Part shown: one piece after another, positions 10,205 through 23,639 of the stretch
Layout of the letters: every line of letters begins with the position of its first letter
How positions within the stretch are numbered: the first letter of the stretch is position 1
Assembly (NCBI RefSeq): GCF_030144855.1
Contig: NC_082730.1
Coordinates: forward strand, 4,092,001 to 4,156,000
From: Hypanus sabinus
Taxonomy: Eukaryota
Reading direction: 5' to 3'
Length of the DNA: 64,000 nt
The notes under the pieces: generated by a model
Databases searched by the model: none
What the model was told of the DNA's origin: nothing
The model's input: only the letters and a program-made list of their open reading frames with translations
Program-made: the position numbers and the translations under genes

Positions 10205-13200
10205 TGGTATGTGGGAAGTCTGGGACACCTCCAGTCTCCCAGATAAACACAACTGCACCAGGTGCACCGAGTTGCAGCTCCTGAGAGAACATATTAAGGA
10301 ACAGGAGCTCAACTCGATGACCTTTGACTCATGTGGGAGAATGAAAAAGAGATAGAAAAGAACTAGAGGGAGGTAGTTACCCCAGGATTACAGGAGTGAG
10401 GTAACTGAGAGACTGCCAGGAGAAGGAGGGGAAATGTACAACCAGTGCAGAGTACACCTGTGGCCATTCCCCTCAATAATAACTTTAGATACTATTGAGA
10501 GGGATGACCTAACAGGGAGGAGCCACAATGACCAGGTCTCTGGCACTGAGTTTGATGCTGTGTCTCAGATGAGCGGAGAGGTGAAGAGGACTGCAGTATT
10601 GGTAGGAGATTCCTTCATCGGAGGAAAAGAGAAAAGGTTCTGTGGGTGAGATAGAGACACACAAATTGTATCTTGCCTCCCTGATGCCAGGATCAGGGAT
10701 ATCTCGATTCTTGACCGTGGCATTCTCAAGGGCAAAGTTGAGCAGCTGAAGTTTTTGTACATATTGACACCATGACATGGGTAAATAATGTGATGAGGTC
10801 CTGAAGAGAGATTTTATGGAGCTAGGTAGAAAGCTGAGAAACAGGACCATCAGGATAGTGATCACTGGATTGTTGCCTGTGCCATGTGCCACTGAGGGAA
10901 AGAATAGGATGATTTGGCAGGTGAATATGTAGCTGAGGAACTGGAGCATGAGGCAAGGGTTGAAATTTATGGATCTTAGTGATCTCTCCTGGGGCAGCTA
11001 TGACCTGTACAATAAAAGACAGGCTACACCTGATCCCGAGGATCTCCAATATCCTTGTGGGCAGGTTGGTTTAAGTTGTTTGGGTGGGTTTAAACTAGCT
11101 CAGCAGGGGGTTGGGAACTGGAATGGTAATGCGGAGGATGAGCGCTATCAGATGTAAATAGATGTAATGTGTAGTGAGACTCCTAGCAGGCAGACCTATG
11201 CGATAGATAAAAATTGCAGTAAACCGGAAGAGCTGTAATGTAAAGGTGTTCAAAATTGAAAAAGGTGAATACAGAACTAAAGGTGTCATATTTGGCCGCG
11301 GGCGGTAATGGAATAAGTTCGATGAACTTGTAGTACAGATACAGATTGGCAAAGATGATGTAGGTATCACTGAATAGGCAGGAAGGCAGAGGGTCTGGCA
11401 TGGCACTGTTGATAAAAAATGAAATTAAATCATTCGAAAGAAGTGACATAAGGTCAGAAGATGTTGAATTGTTGTAGTTAGAGCTGAGGAACTGCAAGGG
11501 TAAAGAGACGCTGATGGGTGTTATCTACAGATGCCCAAACAGAGGTAAGGATGTGGTCTACAAATTGGAATGGGAGATGGGAATTGCCTGCCAAAAGGGC
11601 AATGTTACAGTACTCACAAGGTCCATCAATATACAAGTAGATTGGGAAAACCAGGTTGATGTGGGATTCGAAGAGGGGCAATTTCTAACTTATGGGATAT
11701 CTTTCTAGAACAGTTTGTGTTTGAGCCCTGTAGGGGTTAGCTATTCTAGATTGAGTGTTGTGCGATGAACCAGAATTGATCAGAGAGCTTAAAGTAAAAC
11801 AATCCTGAGGGGTAACTTATCATTATGTAGTCAAAATGACGCTGAAATTGGAGAAAGAGAAGCTAAAATCACATCTTACAGTATTACAGTGGAGTTAAAT
11901 ATATCACAGGGGCATGAGAGAGGAGGTGTCCAGTACTGATTCAAGAAAAAAATAACACAGGCAGGGATGATGGCAGAGATGCAATTGCTGCAATAACTGA
12001 AAGCAATTCAGATGACACAGGATTTATAAATTTCAAAGTGTAGGAAGTATACTAAGGGCAAGATGACACAACCATGGCTAACAAAGCAAGTCAAGGCCAA
12101 CATGAGGTCCAAAGTGAGGACATATAATAGAGCAGAAAATTGGCGAGATGTTAGGGGAGTGGGAAGCTTTTAAATACCAACAGAAGGCAACTAAATGTCA
12201 TTAAGTAGGTAAATGTTGAATAAATCTAGCCAATAATATTAAAGACAATACCAACAATTTCTTCAGGACCATAAAGTGTGAAAGAGAGGCAAGAGTGGAT
12301 TTTGGACCACTGGAAAATGATACTGTTATGGGGACAAGGAAATGGCAGAAAAGCTGGATAAGTATTTTGCATCAGTCATACTGTGGAAGAATCTAACAGT
12401 GTGGAGGAAGTTACAGGTATCAGGGGGTCATGTAATGTGTAAAGTTACCACTACTAGAGAGAAGGTGCTTGGGACATTGAAAGGTCTGATGATGGATAAC
12501 TCACCGGGAGCAGATGGTGTACACACCAAGATTCTGATAGAGGTGGTTGAACAGATTATGGAGGCATTAGTAATGACCTTTCAATAATCATTAGATTCTG
12601 TAAAGGTTCCTGAAGACTGGACAATTGCAAAAGGAACCCCACTCTTCAAGAAAAGAGAAAGGCAGAAGAAAGGAAATTAAAGGCCAATTAGTCTGACCTC
12701 AGTGGTCGGGAAGATGTTGGATTCAATTGTTAAGGATGTGTTTTCAAGGTTCTCAGATACACAAGATAAAATAGGCCATAGTCAGCATTGTTTTCTCAAA
12801 TGAAAATCCTGCCTGACATATCTGTTGGAATTTTTTGAAGATATAACAAGCAGGAATAGACAAAGGAGAATTGGTTAATGTTGCAAACTTGTGTAACACC
12901 CTGGGAAAGTGTTCACTGCTAACATAATGGTCTTTCTGTAGAAGCTGTGTTTGGAGTATTGTGAGCAGTTCTGGGCCCTTTATCTTGAAAAGGATGTGCT
13001 GAAACTGGAGAGAGAACAATGGAGGTTCATGAAAGTTATTCCAGGATAAATTGACTTGTCATATGAAGTGCGTTTGATTGTTCTGATCCTGTAATCAATG
13101 GAAATAAAAAGAATGAGAGATGACCTAATTGAAACCTACCAAAATTGTAAAAAGTCTTGATAGAGTGGCTGTGGAGAGGATGTTTTCTGCGGGTGGAGTT

Positions 13201-13465
13201 TTGAAGACCCAATAGATTGACATCTTCTTCGAACAGATTTGTGGAGGAACTTGTTTAGCTGGAGAGTGGTGAATCAGTGATATTTGTTGCTACAGGAAGC
13301 TGTGGAGGCCAATTCTTTATGTACATTTAAGGCAGAGGTTAATAGATTCTTGATTGATCACAGCATGAAGGGATACAGGGGGAAGGCAGGAGACTGGGGC
13401 TGAGAGGAAAACAGATTAGCCATGATGAAATGGCAGAGCAGATTCAATGGGCCAAATGGTCATTT
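10205..13465 (+). mobile_element. Long, heavily decayed CR1 LINE (ORF1 Zn-finger/esterase + ORF2 remnants + 3' UTR)
   Basis: C-x-x-C ORF1 start near 10205; AVLVGDSFIGG esterase-like block at 10590; NSPGADGVH RT block at 12500; CR1 3' UTR ending near 13465. Confidence 0.85.
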
Positions 13466-14224
13466 GGAAATCCAGCAGCACATCTTGTTCACACAACAAC
13501 TCAGTCAATGCAAATCCCCCGTCATTGGTCTCTGCAGAGAACGAGTAAACCAAACGCAGTATTTTTTTGTCCAACAGGGTCTTGTGATCACTACACTAAA
13601 TATCCAAAGCAATCAACCGTACTTTTTTAGGGCTGCGCACAGTCTGGGCACAAATGTACGCAACAAGTCCAGCTCCATCAATATCGAGCAAGTTGCTGCT
13701 GGGGTAGTCCTGCTGTCATTGATGTTCTGAATCTCCAGCAGTGACTTGCGGATGGAAAATAGACGTACAGGATGAGCAAATACACGGGAGTGGTCGCTGT
13801 GTCTGAGCACGCCGCCATCGTTCCAGAAGCAGATGTAGAGTCTCGATGTGGAGGGGCCCCTCCCTCCTCTGAGCTCTCTCATGTCTGCTTGGTGGGCAAG
13901 ACCAGTTGTAATGGGGAACTCTGAGTAGAGAGCAGTAACAAATATTTGAGACATGTTGAGTGGACGTGCAGACCCCTCATCCATTGTGGTCACTCCCGGG
14001 TTCTCTGCTTGTCCACATCCATGAAGCTCTTTGTCTCCTTCAGCGTCTCTGTCTGCTGCTCTCTCGGCTGCCCTGTCCATTCTCTGACTTCCTCTGCTGT
14101 CCATTGGGTCAAACAGCACAGAGATCGTCCCTTTGATCCACTGAGGGAACTCCAACCATCAAACACCACGTTACACCAATACCATTTCATTAATCCCATC
14201 ACCTCCCCCAGTTTCTACCACTCA

Positions 14225-14425
14225 CCCTCTCAGTGGGGGCAATTTATAGTGGACAAGTAACCTACCGCCATTGTATCATTGGAATCTGGGATGAAATAAT
14301 AGCACCCTGGGTAACCCGTGCCTTCACTGGGAGAACATGCAAACTCCACACAGCTGGAATCTAAAACCAGGATGAAATTAGGTTTGCTGTAGTTGTGAAG
14401 CAGCAGAACTTCCTGCTGCCCGTCT
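14225..14425 (-). mobile_element. V-SINE-like element
   Basis: The reverse complement contains the V-domain core 'tgtgtggagtttgcatgttctccc'. Confidence 0.7.
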
Positions 14426-15364
14426 GTATGTGATTTCTCTCTTAACTTCAGAGACAACTGGACTCCAGCACCATTTTCTGTTTCACAACCTCAAACACTT
14501 CCCGCCACCATGTTACAACTTTGCAAGTCTTTCATCAAGGTCCCACACACCTCGAGCTGCTGAAACCCTTCATTCGTATTCTTGTTGATCAATCTGTTGT
14601 GTTTTGTTGTCACTGGATCTGTTTCATCTGACTGACCTGTGCCAGACTCGCACTGGATCTGGCACAAGGCCACAAACAGTATTAATTTATTGCTCTTGCC
14701 CCATGTCTCTTCCTTTGTTCAACACTGTTCATCCAAACATGCAGCTCAGTCTTCGTCAGGTCACACATGCTGTTTTTTTGATAAGCCTGTCAGTCTGACA
14801 AAATCAAAAAGAGCTGTTTATTTGGAAATGATCGCTCATTTATCAGATTGTCGATCTCACTGCATCTACTTATCGCTGCTCTGATCTAACCATCCCCAGG
14901 GGGGAGCCAGCTCACAAAATGGTGGCTGTAGAGAACACACATAAAATGGCAGCCTCCATTCCTTCCACTACAAGAATGTATTTGCTTTTACTGCTTCCCC
15001 TGTCCCTGGCTCTTTCGGTGTTCTATAGTTTTTTAATCCCTTCATCACTGACAATCCACAGGATCAGCATTCAATCCCTCACTTTGTTGTACGAAAGCTT
15101 CAGAATTCGGGGAGATGAGATTGTTTGGTCAGGTAGGCAGAGGAAGAGGCAAATGGAGAATAGAATGGAGTTTGTGTTGGATCAATGTAAATTGATGTTC
15201 TCTATTTGGAGGCTGTGTTGTCTGGTCCTACACTCCTCCACCATAACAAGCATCCTCTCTGTTGAGGTCTTTTAGCATTCGATAGGTTTTACTGCTTCCG
15301 CTGTCCCTGGCTCATTCCGTGTTTTACATTCCTCCTCATATGCTCTAAAGATGAACTGTAGAAT

Positions 15365-15675
15365 ACTTGAAAGTGAGTCCATAGGTTGTGGAATCAATTC
15401 ATAGTTGCAGTGTGAGAAGTTACCCACGCTGGTTCAGGAGTCTGATGTATAACTGTTCCTGAAACTTGTGGTGTGGAACCTGAGATCCATACCTCTGTTC
15501 CAACAGCAGCAATAAAAGCAGATTATGGACTGGATGGTAGGTGTCCCTGATGATGCATGTTTGCTTTCTTGTAGCAGTGCTCCTTGAGATCTGCTTAGTG
15601 GTTGGGAGGGATTTTCTTGTGATGGACTGGACCGTATCCACCACTTCATGTTGGCTTTTCTGTTCCTTTGATCAG
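15365..15675 (-). mobile_element. Rex-Babar-like LINE 3' fragment
   Basis: VVDTVQSITRKSLPT...IIRDTYHPVHNL...TTSFRNSY on the minus strand. Confidence 0.7.
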
Positions 15676-15799
15676 GACTGTGGTGATGAGATAAAACTTC
15701 AGTCAGAGTTTCATTGAACGGGGGCAGGGACGAGGGTCCAAAAATCCTCCTGCTCTTATTGTTCTTATTTGGTGTGAGGTGACATTCTGACATCAGTCA

Positions 15800-15964
15800 G
15801 TCCGCATTTGACGTCGAGCGCTGTGGCTTTCTGCCTGTGATCACACCTCTGTATTTCACCTTTTGCACAACACGTACTTTCTTGTCGACTGCTCCTCACA
15901 ACATACTGACTAGGAGGGGAAGCTTTGTTCGGTCCATCAGCATCTATACTGTTCTGTGAGAACA
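15800..15964 (+). promoter_or_regulatory. Putative TATA-less promoter of copy B
   Basis: Lies directly upstream of the candidate leader ATG; contains TGACGTC (CRE-like), TGTGGC (RUNX-like) and AGGGGAAG (ETS/PU.1-like). These are motif matches only. Confidence 0.3.
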
Positions 15965-16019
15965 ATGAACACCAGGCATCTGCTGATCTCCTGCTGGCTA
16001 ACTCTCTGTGCCTCACGCT
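15965..16019 (+). CDS. Probable leader (signal peptide) exon of copy B
   Basis: aacaATG with A at -3; MNTRHLLISCWLTLCASR, then a phase-1 perfect donor T|GTAAGT. It joins in frame to the V exon at 32877, giving ...CASRSGTA|VPP. Confidence 0.65.
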
Positions 16020-19000
16020 GTAAGTTTGATTCAGAGCAAGTTTTTGTCTTTTAAAGTCCTTCTCTTCAGGTTCTCTGTTAATTTCTGGACTGGGGCATTT
16101 CTGGGTCCCACAATACCAGAGCAAGGAGAGTGTATGCTGGTCAGAATGAAGCACGGGTTTGATATAGAGAGCGAAAAAAGCTTGGTTACTGGTGGGCATT
16201 GGGACAGAGGATTGGCGCATTCTGTAGCCATAGACACATCCTGCTGCTAATTCTGTAAATGAAGCTTGAGAAAAAAGTATCAGTTGTTCACGGGATTGGG
16301 AAGGATTTATCAGGGATGTGGAACCCAGGAACTGGGATCTGATCCAGAGATGTTTCCAGGAAAAGTTCATGATGGGGAATCGTTGTAGGAATGATGGTTG
16401 GGGGGGGGGGGGACACTGAATGCAGAAAGAGAGGGGAAATTGTTAACAGTCATCTAACATTTTGGGATCTGAATGCTGGTTTCCTCTCTCTCTCTGTTAA
16501 CAGAGTGTCGATCTGTCAATAGCCCAAATCACAGAACCGGACATACAATCAGTGAGAGAGAATGATGAGGAAAATCCTGATATCATTGTCAGAAGCAGTT
16601 GTTAACCTGAAGAATGAGTCTTTTCTTTTTCAATCTTTTTATTAAGTTTCAAATTAGTAAACATAACAATAATGATAATGATACAAAGAGGTCGGGATTA
16701 CATTAATAACGGTTAACATGTACAAACACAGATTCCAAATAACAAATGTAGTTTAGCCTCCCAATCTCTTAGTAAATGCCCATGAAAAAAAAATTGATAA
16801 AGAGAGAATAAAAACCATAAACTAAAAAAAAACTGAACTAAAAAAACAAAGATTGGACTGCCATATTTCATTGGCTAAAATTATAATTTGTTGTTAACTC
16901 TGCTCCTCTATACCTGAGCAAAATATTAATAAAAATGGATTCAGAAAGGCTCAACTTACATCATATGAAAACAAATGGCCTCCAAGTTTCTTCAAATTTA
17001 ACCAAAGGATCCACAGAACTGCTCCTAATTTTTTCCAAGTTTAAACATGCTATCATTTGGTAAAATCATTGAAATGTGGTAGGGGGATTGGAATCTTTCC
17101 ATTTAAGTAAAATGTTTTTTCTGACTATTAATGTAACAAATGCAATTAAATGACAAGCTGATGAGGTTAAATGATTGTAGTCTATCACTGGTAATCCAAA
17201 AATTGCAGTAATCGGATGTGTTTGTAAATCAACCCACAGAACTACTGAAATAATATCAAAAATATCTTTCCAGTATTTTCCTCAAAGAAGGCAAGAACAG
17301 AACATAAGTGTCAAGGAAGCTACTTCAGAATTATATCTATCGCAAACAGGATTTATTTGGCAGTAAAAGTGAGCTAGCTTATCCTTGGACATATGAGCCC
17401 TATGAACCACCTTAAATTGTATCAAAGTGTTTCTGGCACACATTGAGGAAGTATTAACTAGTTGAAAAATTTTCTCCCATTTCTCTGTAGATAAAGATAA
17501 TTGAAGTTTTCTTTCCCACTCATTCTTAATTTTATCAGAAGTACTTAAGTGTATTTTTATAATTAAATCATAAATAACTGCTATTAAACTCTTCTGATAT
17601 GGATTTAAACTTAATTTTTTTTCTGTAACTTCAATTTGATGTGATATCTGAACGGTACCTAAAGTAGCGTTCAGAAAGTTTCTAATCTGTAAATATCTGA
17701 AAAAGTGTGATGTAGGCAAATTATATTTATTACACAATAAATGAAACATGAAACAATCATCCATGAATAAATCACTAAAACATGTTATTCTCTTTGTTTT
17801 CCATAAAATAAAAGCTTAATTAATTCTTGATGGTTGAAAGAAAAATATAGATATAATAGAACTTGGCAGGATAAATTTATTCAATCCAAAAAATTTACAA
17901 AATTGTAACCATATTCATATTGTATGTTTGATTATTGGCTTCTCATTTGTTTATTCAATTTAGTAAGTGCAAAGGGAAGCGCAGCTCCTAAAATAGAAGC
18001 CCATGAAAACACCTGTGCAGACTCCCACTCGAGGTTCATCCATCGTGGATATTGAGTTTCATCCAACTCTTGTGTCTGAAACATTAATTTTGAATATTAA
18101 TTGCCCAATAATAAAATCTAAGATTCGACAAAACCAAACGCCTTCCTGTTTTGATTTCTGTAAATATTTCTTACTTAACATAGGATTTCTTTTCTGCCAT
18201 ATATATGAAGAAATTTTAGAATCAATAATATCAAAAATGATTTAGGGATGAAAATTGATACTACCTGAAATAGATATAGAAATTTAGGTAAAATAATCAT
18301 CTTCATAGCATTAATTCAACCAATCAAAGATAGGGACAATGGGGACAATTTAGTAAACAGTTGTTTAACTTGATCAATTAAGGGTAAAAATGTGATTTTA
18401 AATAGAACCTTATACTTCTTAGTAATTTTAACACCCAAATAAATAAAATATTCAGTAACCAATCTAAATGGTGATTGCATATAAATTGGAACCTGCATAT
18501 TTAATGGGAAATACACATTCTTATTAAGATTCAATTTATGACCAGAAAATCTACTAAACTGAGCAAGTAGTGTTATTACTGCAGGAATGGGTATCTCTGG
18601 GTACAACATATGTAGTAATAGGTCAACTGCATGTAATGATACTTTATGCATCCCATTCTTACAATTAATGCCAAATATATTGGGTGAATCAAGAAGAGTG
18701 ACTGCCAAGGGCTCCAGGGCAATATCGAATAGTAAAGGGCTTAAAGGACAACCCTGTCTCGTACCTCAAAAAAGCCTACAAAAGGGGGATCTCTGATTAT
18801 TGGTAAATACAGCAGCCAAGGGTGTATGATATATCAATTGAATCTAAGGTAGAAATTTTGGGCTAAAATTAAATTTCTCAAGTATATTAAATAAATATTC
18901 CCATTCAAGTCTGTCAAATGTCTTCTCGGCATTAAGCGAAATAACGCATTCTGCAGTATTAGATAAAGTGGTGTATATAATGTTCATTAAACTCCTAACA

Positions 19001-19842
19001 TTAAAATGTGAATAACAATTTTTAATAAATCCTGTCCGATCCTCAGAGACAATTTGTGGCAATATCTTCTGTAATCAACTTGCTAATATTTTGGAAAAGA
19101 TTTTAGAATCAACATTCAACAAAGATATAGGTCTGTATGATGCATATTCATATCTTTGCCTTTTTTAGGAATTAAAGAAATAGATGCTTCATAAAAGGAT
19201 TGTGGTCATTTACCTACAAATAAAGCATATTTAAAAATTCTGCATAACAAAGCAGAATGTAAATCTGAAAAATAATATAAAAATTCATCTGTATACCTAT
19301 CCGGACTTTACCAGAGTTCATTGAAAAAATTGCTTTTATTTCCTCTTCAGTAATGGGTGCAGCTAATGGGTTAATCAGCTGGTAATTTTGGAATATTCAG
19401 TTTCCTTAAAAATTCATGCATTATGGTAGGATCATCAGGAAATTTTGATTGGTATAAATTGGTATAAAATTCTTGAAAAGATTTATTAATTTCATTGCGG
19501 TCAACCGTCAAAATACCATGCTGTCTATGAACTTTATTCATCTGACGTTTCACCAAAGCAGCCTTCATTTGGTTAGCCAATGATAGATTTGATTTATCAC
19601 CATGTATATAAAATTGACTCTTAGTTTTAAGTAATTGATTTTCAATTGAGGATGTTAATAACAAACTATGTCGCATCTGAAGTTCACCTCTCTCTTTATA
19701 AAGCTCCAGATTGGGAGCAATAGAATATTTTTTATTAATTTCTTTAACCTTATCAAGCAATGTATATATTTCACTATTAATCCATGTTTTCAATCCAGCA
19801 GAGTATGAAATAATTTGCCCACAGATATATACTCTTAAGGTA

Positions 19843-22794
19843 CAGGTGTCCCCCGTTTTTCAAATGTTCACTTTATGTCAACTCGCTGTTACAAAAGACC
19901 TACATTAGTTACCTGTTTTCACTGACAGAAGGTTCTTTCAATGTTAAGAGAAAAGGCAGCGCATACCCTGTGCAGCCAAGCTACTCCCCCAGAAATGCAT
20001 TCTCGCCAGCATTGCTTAAACGCGTGCCTGTGAGCATCTGTGCTTAATGTCAATTTATTTTCTGCATCGGTTAGCAATATGAGTTCTAAGGTATCAGAAA
20101 AGTCTAAAAGAGTGCATAAGGGTGTTACACTTAGTGTAAAACTAGAAAATTAAGCATTTTGATTGTTGTGAACAAAATAAGGATATAGTGAGTTTGGCTA
20201 AGGGCTTGTGGAAGTTGATGAAGATGATATTGAAGGGGTTTTGGCTTCCCATGACCAAGAACTGAGAGATGAAGAGCAGATGAAGAGGAAAAGATAACAA
20301 TTGAAACCGAACACAGTAGCAAAGTAGTGAAGTCATCCAGGAACTGAACATGAAGCAATAATGTGAGACTTTTATTGCGATTGGCAATGCTGCAATGGTT
20401 GCAGAAAAGTACGACTTTAATTTTTAAAAGGTACGTAGGTTTAGGGCATATTTGCTGGATGGTTTGAGTGCTTATGCAAATTTATGATGAAGGTCAACAG
20501 ATGCTTGATGCTCCAATTAACGAGCATGAAATTCAGAAAGCTATTTCATCAATGCAATCAGGTAAAGCTCCCAGACTTGATGGTTCTTCGGTGGGATTGG
20601 TCAAAAAAATTGAAAGATTAGTTTCTCCGTATCTTTTGGAAATATTTCATGAATCCTTTGAGAAAGGTAATTTACATTCTTCTTTTTATGAAGCATCTAT
20701 AGCCTTAATTCTTAAAAAAAGATAAAGATGCCGTTGAATGCCATAGACCTATTTCACTATTAAATGTGGATGCAAACATTCTTTCTAAAATAATGGCTAA
20801 CAACTTGGAAACTTTTTAAATTAAAATTATCTCTATGGACCAGATGGGCTTTATTAAAGACCGTTACTCTTTCTCTAATGTTTGGAGATTGATGAACATT
20901 ATTTATTCACCATTATCTAAGCAACCTCAATGTGTTATCTCTCTTGATGCAGAAAAGGCATTCGATAGAGTTGAGTGGCCATACTTGTTCACAGTATTAG
21001 AAAAATCTGGTTTTGGTAATAATTTTAATAGATGGATTCAAATGATCTATAAGAACCCTATTGCCATGGTCATTACTAGCAAATACAGGTCTTCTTTCTT
21101 TTCACTTTCTCGTGGTACTAGACAGGGACGTCCATTAAGCCCTTTATTATTTAATCTTGTATTGGAACCTTTAGCTATAACTTTATGGGAGGCCAAAAAC
21201 ATTCATGGTATTTCTATAAATGGAACCATACATAAGATTTCTCTTTATGCAGATGATCTTTTGATTTTTATTTCAAATCTTGAGGAATCAATTCCTAATC
21301 TTTTGGAAACACCTAAAGATTTTGGAAAATTTTCAGGATACCAACTTAGTTTGAATAAAAGTGAATTGTTTCCATTAAATGCTCCTGTTAGTATATATAA
21401 TTATATTCCTTTTAGAATTGTTAATACATTTAGATATTTAGGTATTATAATTACGAAAAAATATAAAGATCTTTATAAAGCTAATATAGTTCCTCTAGTA
21501 CACTCCATGAAATTACTATTTTCTAGATGGAATCCACTTACTCTTTCTTTAGTAGGTCATATCCATGCTGTTAAAATTATGATTTTATCTAGATTTTTAG
21601 ATATTTTCCAAAATATACCTATCTTTTTAACTAAAAAAATTTTGATCAAATTGACTCTCCTATTTCTTCCTTTATTTGGAACAAGAAGGGACCAAGAACT
21701 AACAAATACCATTTACAAAAACCCAAAAAAGATGGTGGACTTACACTTCCTAATTTAAGACTGTCTTATTGGGCTGTGAATATTAGATAATTATGTTTTT
21801 GGTTATATTGGCTTGATAAGATATCTAGATAATAGTTAAATGTATTACTTCCAGAGTTGATTCCTAATGGGGTTTTCTTTGTAGTTAATGTTTTTTTTTC
21901 TTAGTTAGATGGGGTTCTTTTTTTTTCCTTCTTTTTTCTATATATAATTTTTTTTTAATTTCTATATATTATGATTAGTTTTTTTCTTCAGCTTTATTAA
22001 TTGTATACTAATCAATTTGTTGAAGTTTTGTATTATTCAATAGTTGCAGAATATTATGTATTAATAAAATGATTCTAAAAATGAAAATGAAAATGAAACT
22101 GTATGATAGAAAAATGTGTGAGGCTAAGTGGTCAAGCATACTGTCATTTTTCAAGCCTTCCACATCAGCCAGAGCAGACAATGAAACTCGACCTTCGACA
22201 ACGAGGCAGGCAGATTTTGACGAAGGTGACCGACCTGTCCTGGAGGAAACAGACGGCGATGAGATGACATCCCTGTCTCCCAACACCCCAAGCTCTGACG
22301 ACTCAGCCAAACACACCAGTGTGCTCATTGTATTCCCAATTCTGATAAGGGGAATTACACTATACATACATTATTTCTACTTTATATAGGCTGTGTATTT
22401 TTATGTGTTACTTGGTAGCTTCATAGCTTAAAGATTACTGGAAAGAGTGCGTCTGCCGGGAGCGCTTGTGCCATGTGTTTTTGCTGCAAGAGCAGCCGAG
22501 AATGCTTGCGTGAGATTTTCGCTGCGGTGGACAGGCTGCAATAATTGCAGAGAAGTATTCCTACATTATATAGGCTGTGTATTTATCAGATCATTCCTGC
22601 TTTTACTATATGTTACTGTTATTTTAGGTTTTATGTGTTATTTGGCATGATTTGGTAGGTTATTTTTTGGGTCTGCGAATGCTCACAAATTTTTCCCATA
22701 TAAATAAATGGTAATTGCTTCTTCACTTTACAACATTCCAGCAAACAAACAAATTCATAGGAATTCTCTACCTTCGAATCGCGGGGGAAACCTG
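19843..22794 (+). mobile_element. Internally deleted Tigger/pogo-like DNA transposon nested in the L1
   Basis: Imperfect TIRs ta-caggtgtcccccg / cgggggaaacctg-aa at a TA target. Remnants resemble a CENP-B-like N-terminus (KGVTLSVKLE) and a Tigger C-terminus (LYDRKMCEAKWSSILSFFKPS). Confidence 0.75.
20474..22098 (+). mobile_element. 5'-truncated L1 (RT fragment) nested inside the Tigger-like element
   Basis: ORF 20835-21758 is an L1 RT (ISLDAEKAFDRVEWPYL, RGTRQGRPLSPLLF, ISLYADDLL), with an AATAAA/A-rich tail near 22070-22098. Confidence 0.9.
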
Positions 22795-23327
22795 AATCCC
22801 ATAATATCCCACTGGAAATTTCTTCCATTGAGATAGTTGAAAAGACAAAATGCAATCTTTTCTTTAATGAAATTATCAAAATTTAAATCATGAAGCAAAA
22901 TGGAGTTGAACCGCCATTATCTAGTACTAAAAGTTACATCAAATAATTTAATTGATAATTCAAAGGCGCATCTTCGGAAATGGCGATTGTATCACACTCA
23001 CAGGCAGTGACAGATGAAAATAATCGAGATTCAATAAATAAGTAATCAATTCTAGAGGAATTATGATATACCGGAGAAAAGAAAGGTTACTCTTTATCAT
23101 TGGGATTTAAAATCTCCGAATTTCTAAAATTCCTGCGTCAACTAAAAAGGAATTAATAAAAGTAGCAGATTTGTTTGGAAGTACCTGATTTGGTGCAGAC
23201 CTATCCATCATAGGGTTCAGAAAACAATTAAAATCTCTGCCCATTATTAACATATATTCATTTAAATTGGGAAGAGATACAAATAAATGCTTAGATAATT
23301 GAGGATAGACAGTATTTGGTGCATAAA

Positions 23328-23639
23328 CAGACAGACAGACAGACATACTTTATTGATCCCGAGGGAAATTGGGTTTCATTACAGCTGCACCAACCAAGAA
23401 TAGTGAAGAAATATAGCAATATGAAACCATAAATAATTAAATATTAATAAGTTATTCATGCCAAGTGCAAATAAAGTCCAGGACCAGTCTATTGGCTTAG
23501 GAGGTCTGACATTCGAGGGAGGAGTTGTAAAGTTTGATGCCCACAGGTAGGAATGACTTCCTATGACGCTTAGTGTTACATCTTGGTGGAATGAATCTCT
23601 GGCTGAATGTACTCCTGTGCCTAACCAGTACATTCTGGA
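23328..23639 (-). mobile_element. Rex1-like LINE 3' fragment inserted in L1
   Basis: (cagA)n tail at 23328; homologous to 53620-53910. The empty site 'gcataaatattaacc' is seen in the paralog near 52116. Confidence 0.85.

Noticed and set aside
14986-15330. About 45-bp direct repeat (14986 and 15287) near YY1-like AAAATGGC motifs
   Set aside because: Real but short; no function or element boundary could be supported.
16020-16069. 50-nt intron joining the leader to a nearby acceptor at 16069
   Set aside because: Too short for a typical vertebrate intron, and the joined frame stops after about 26 codons.
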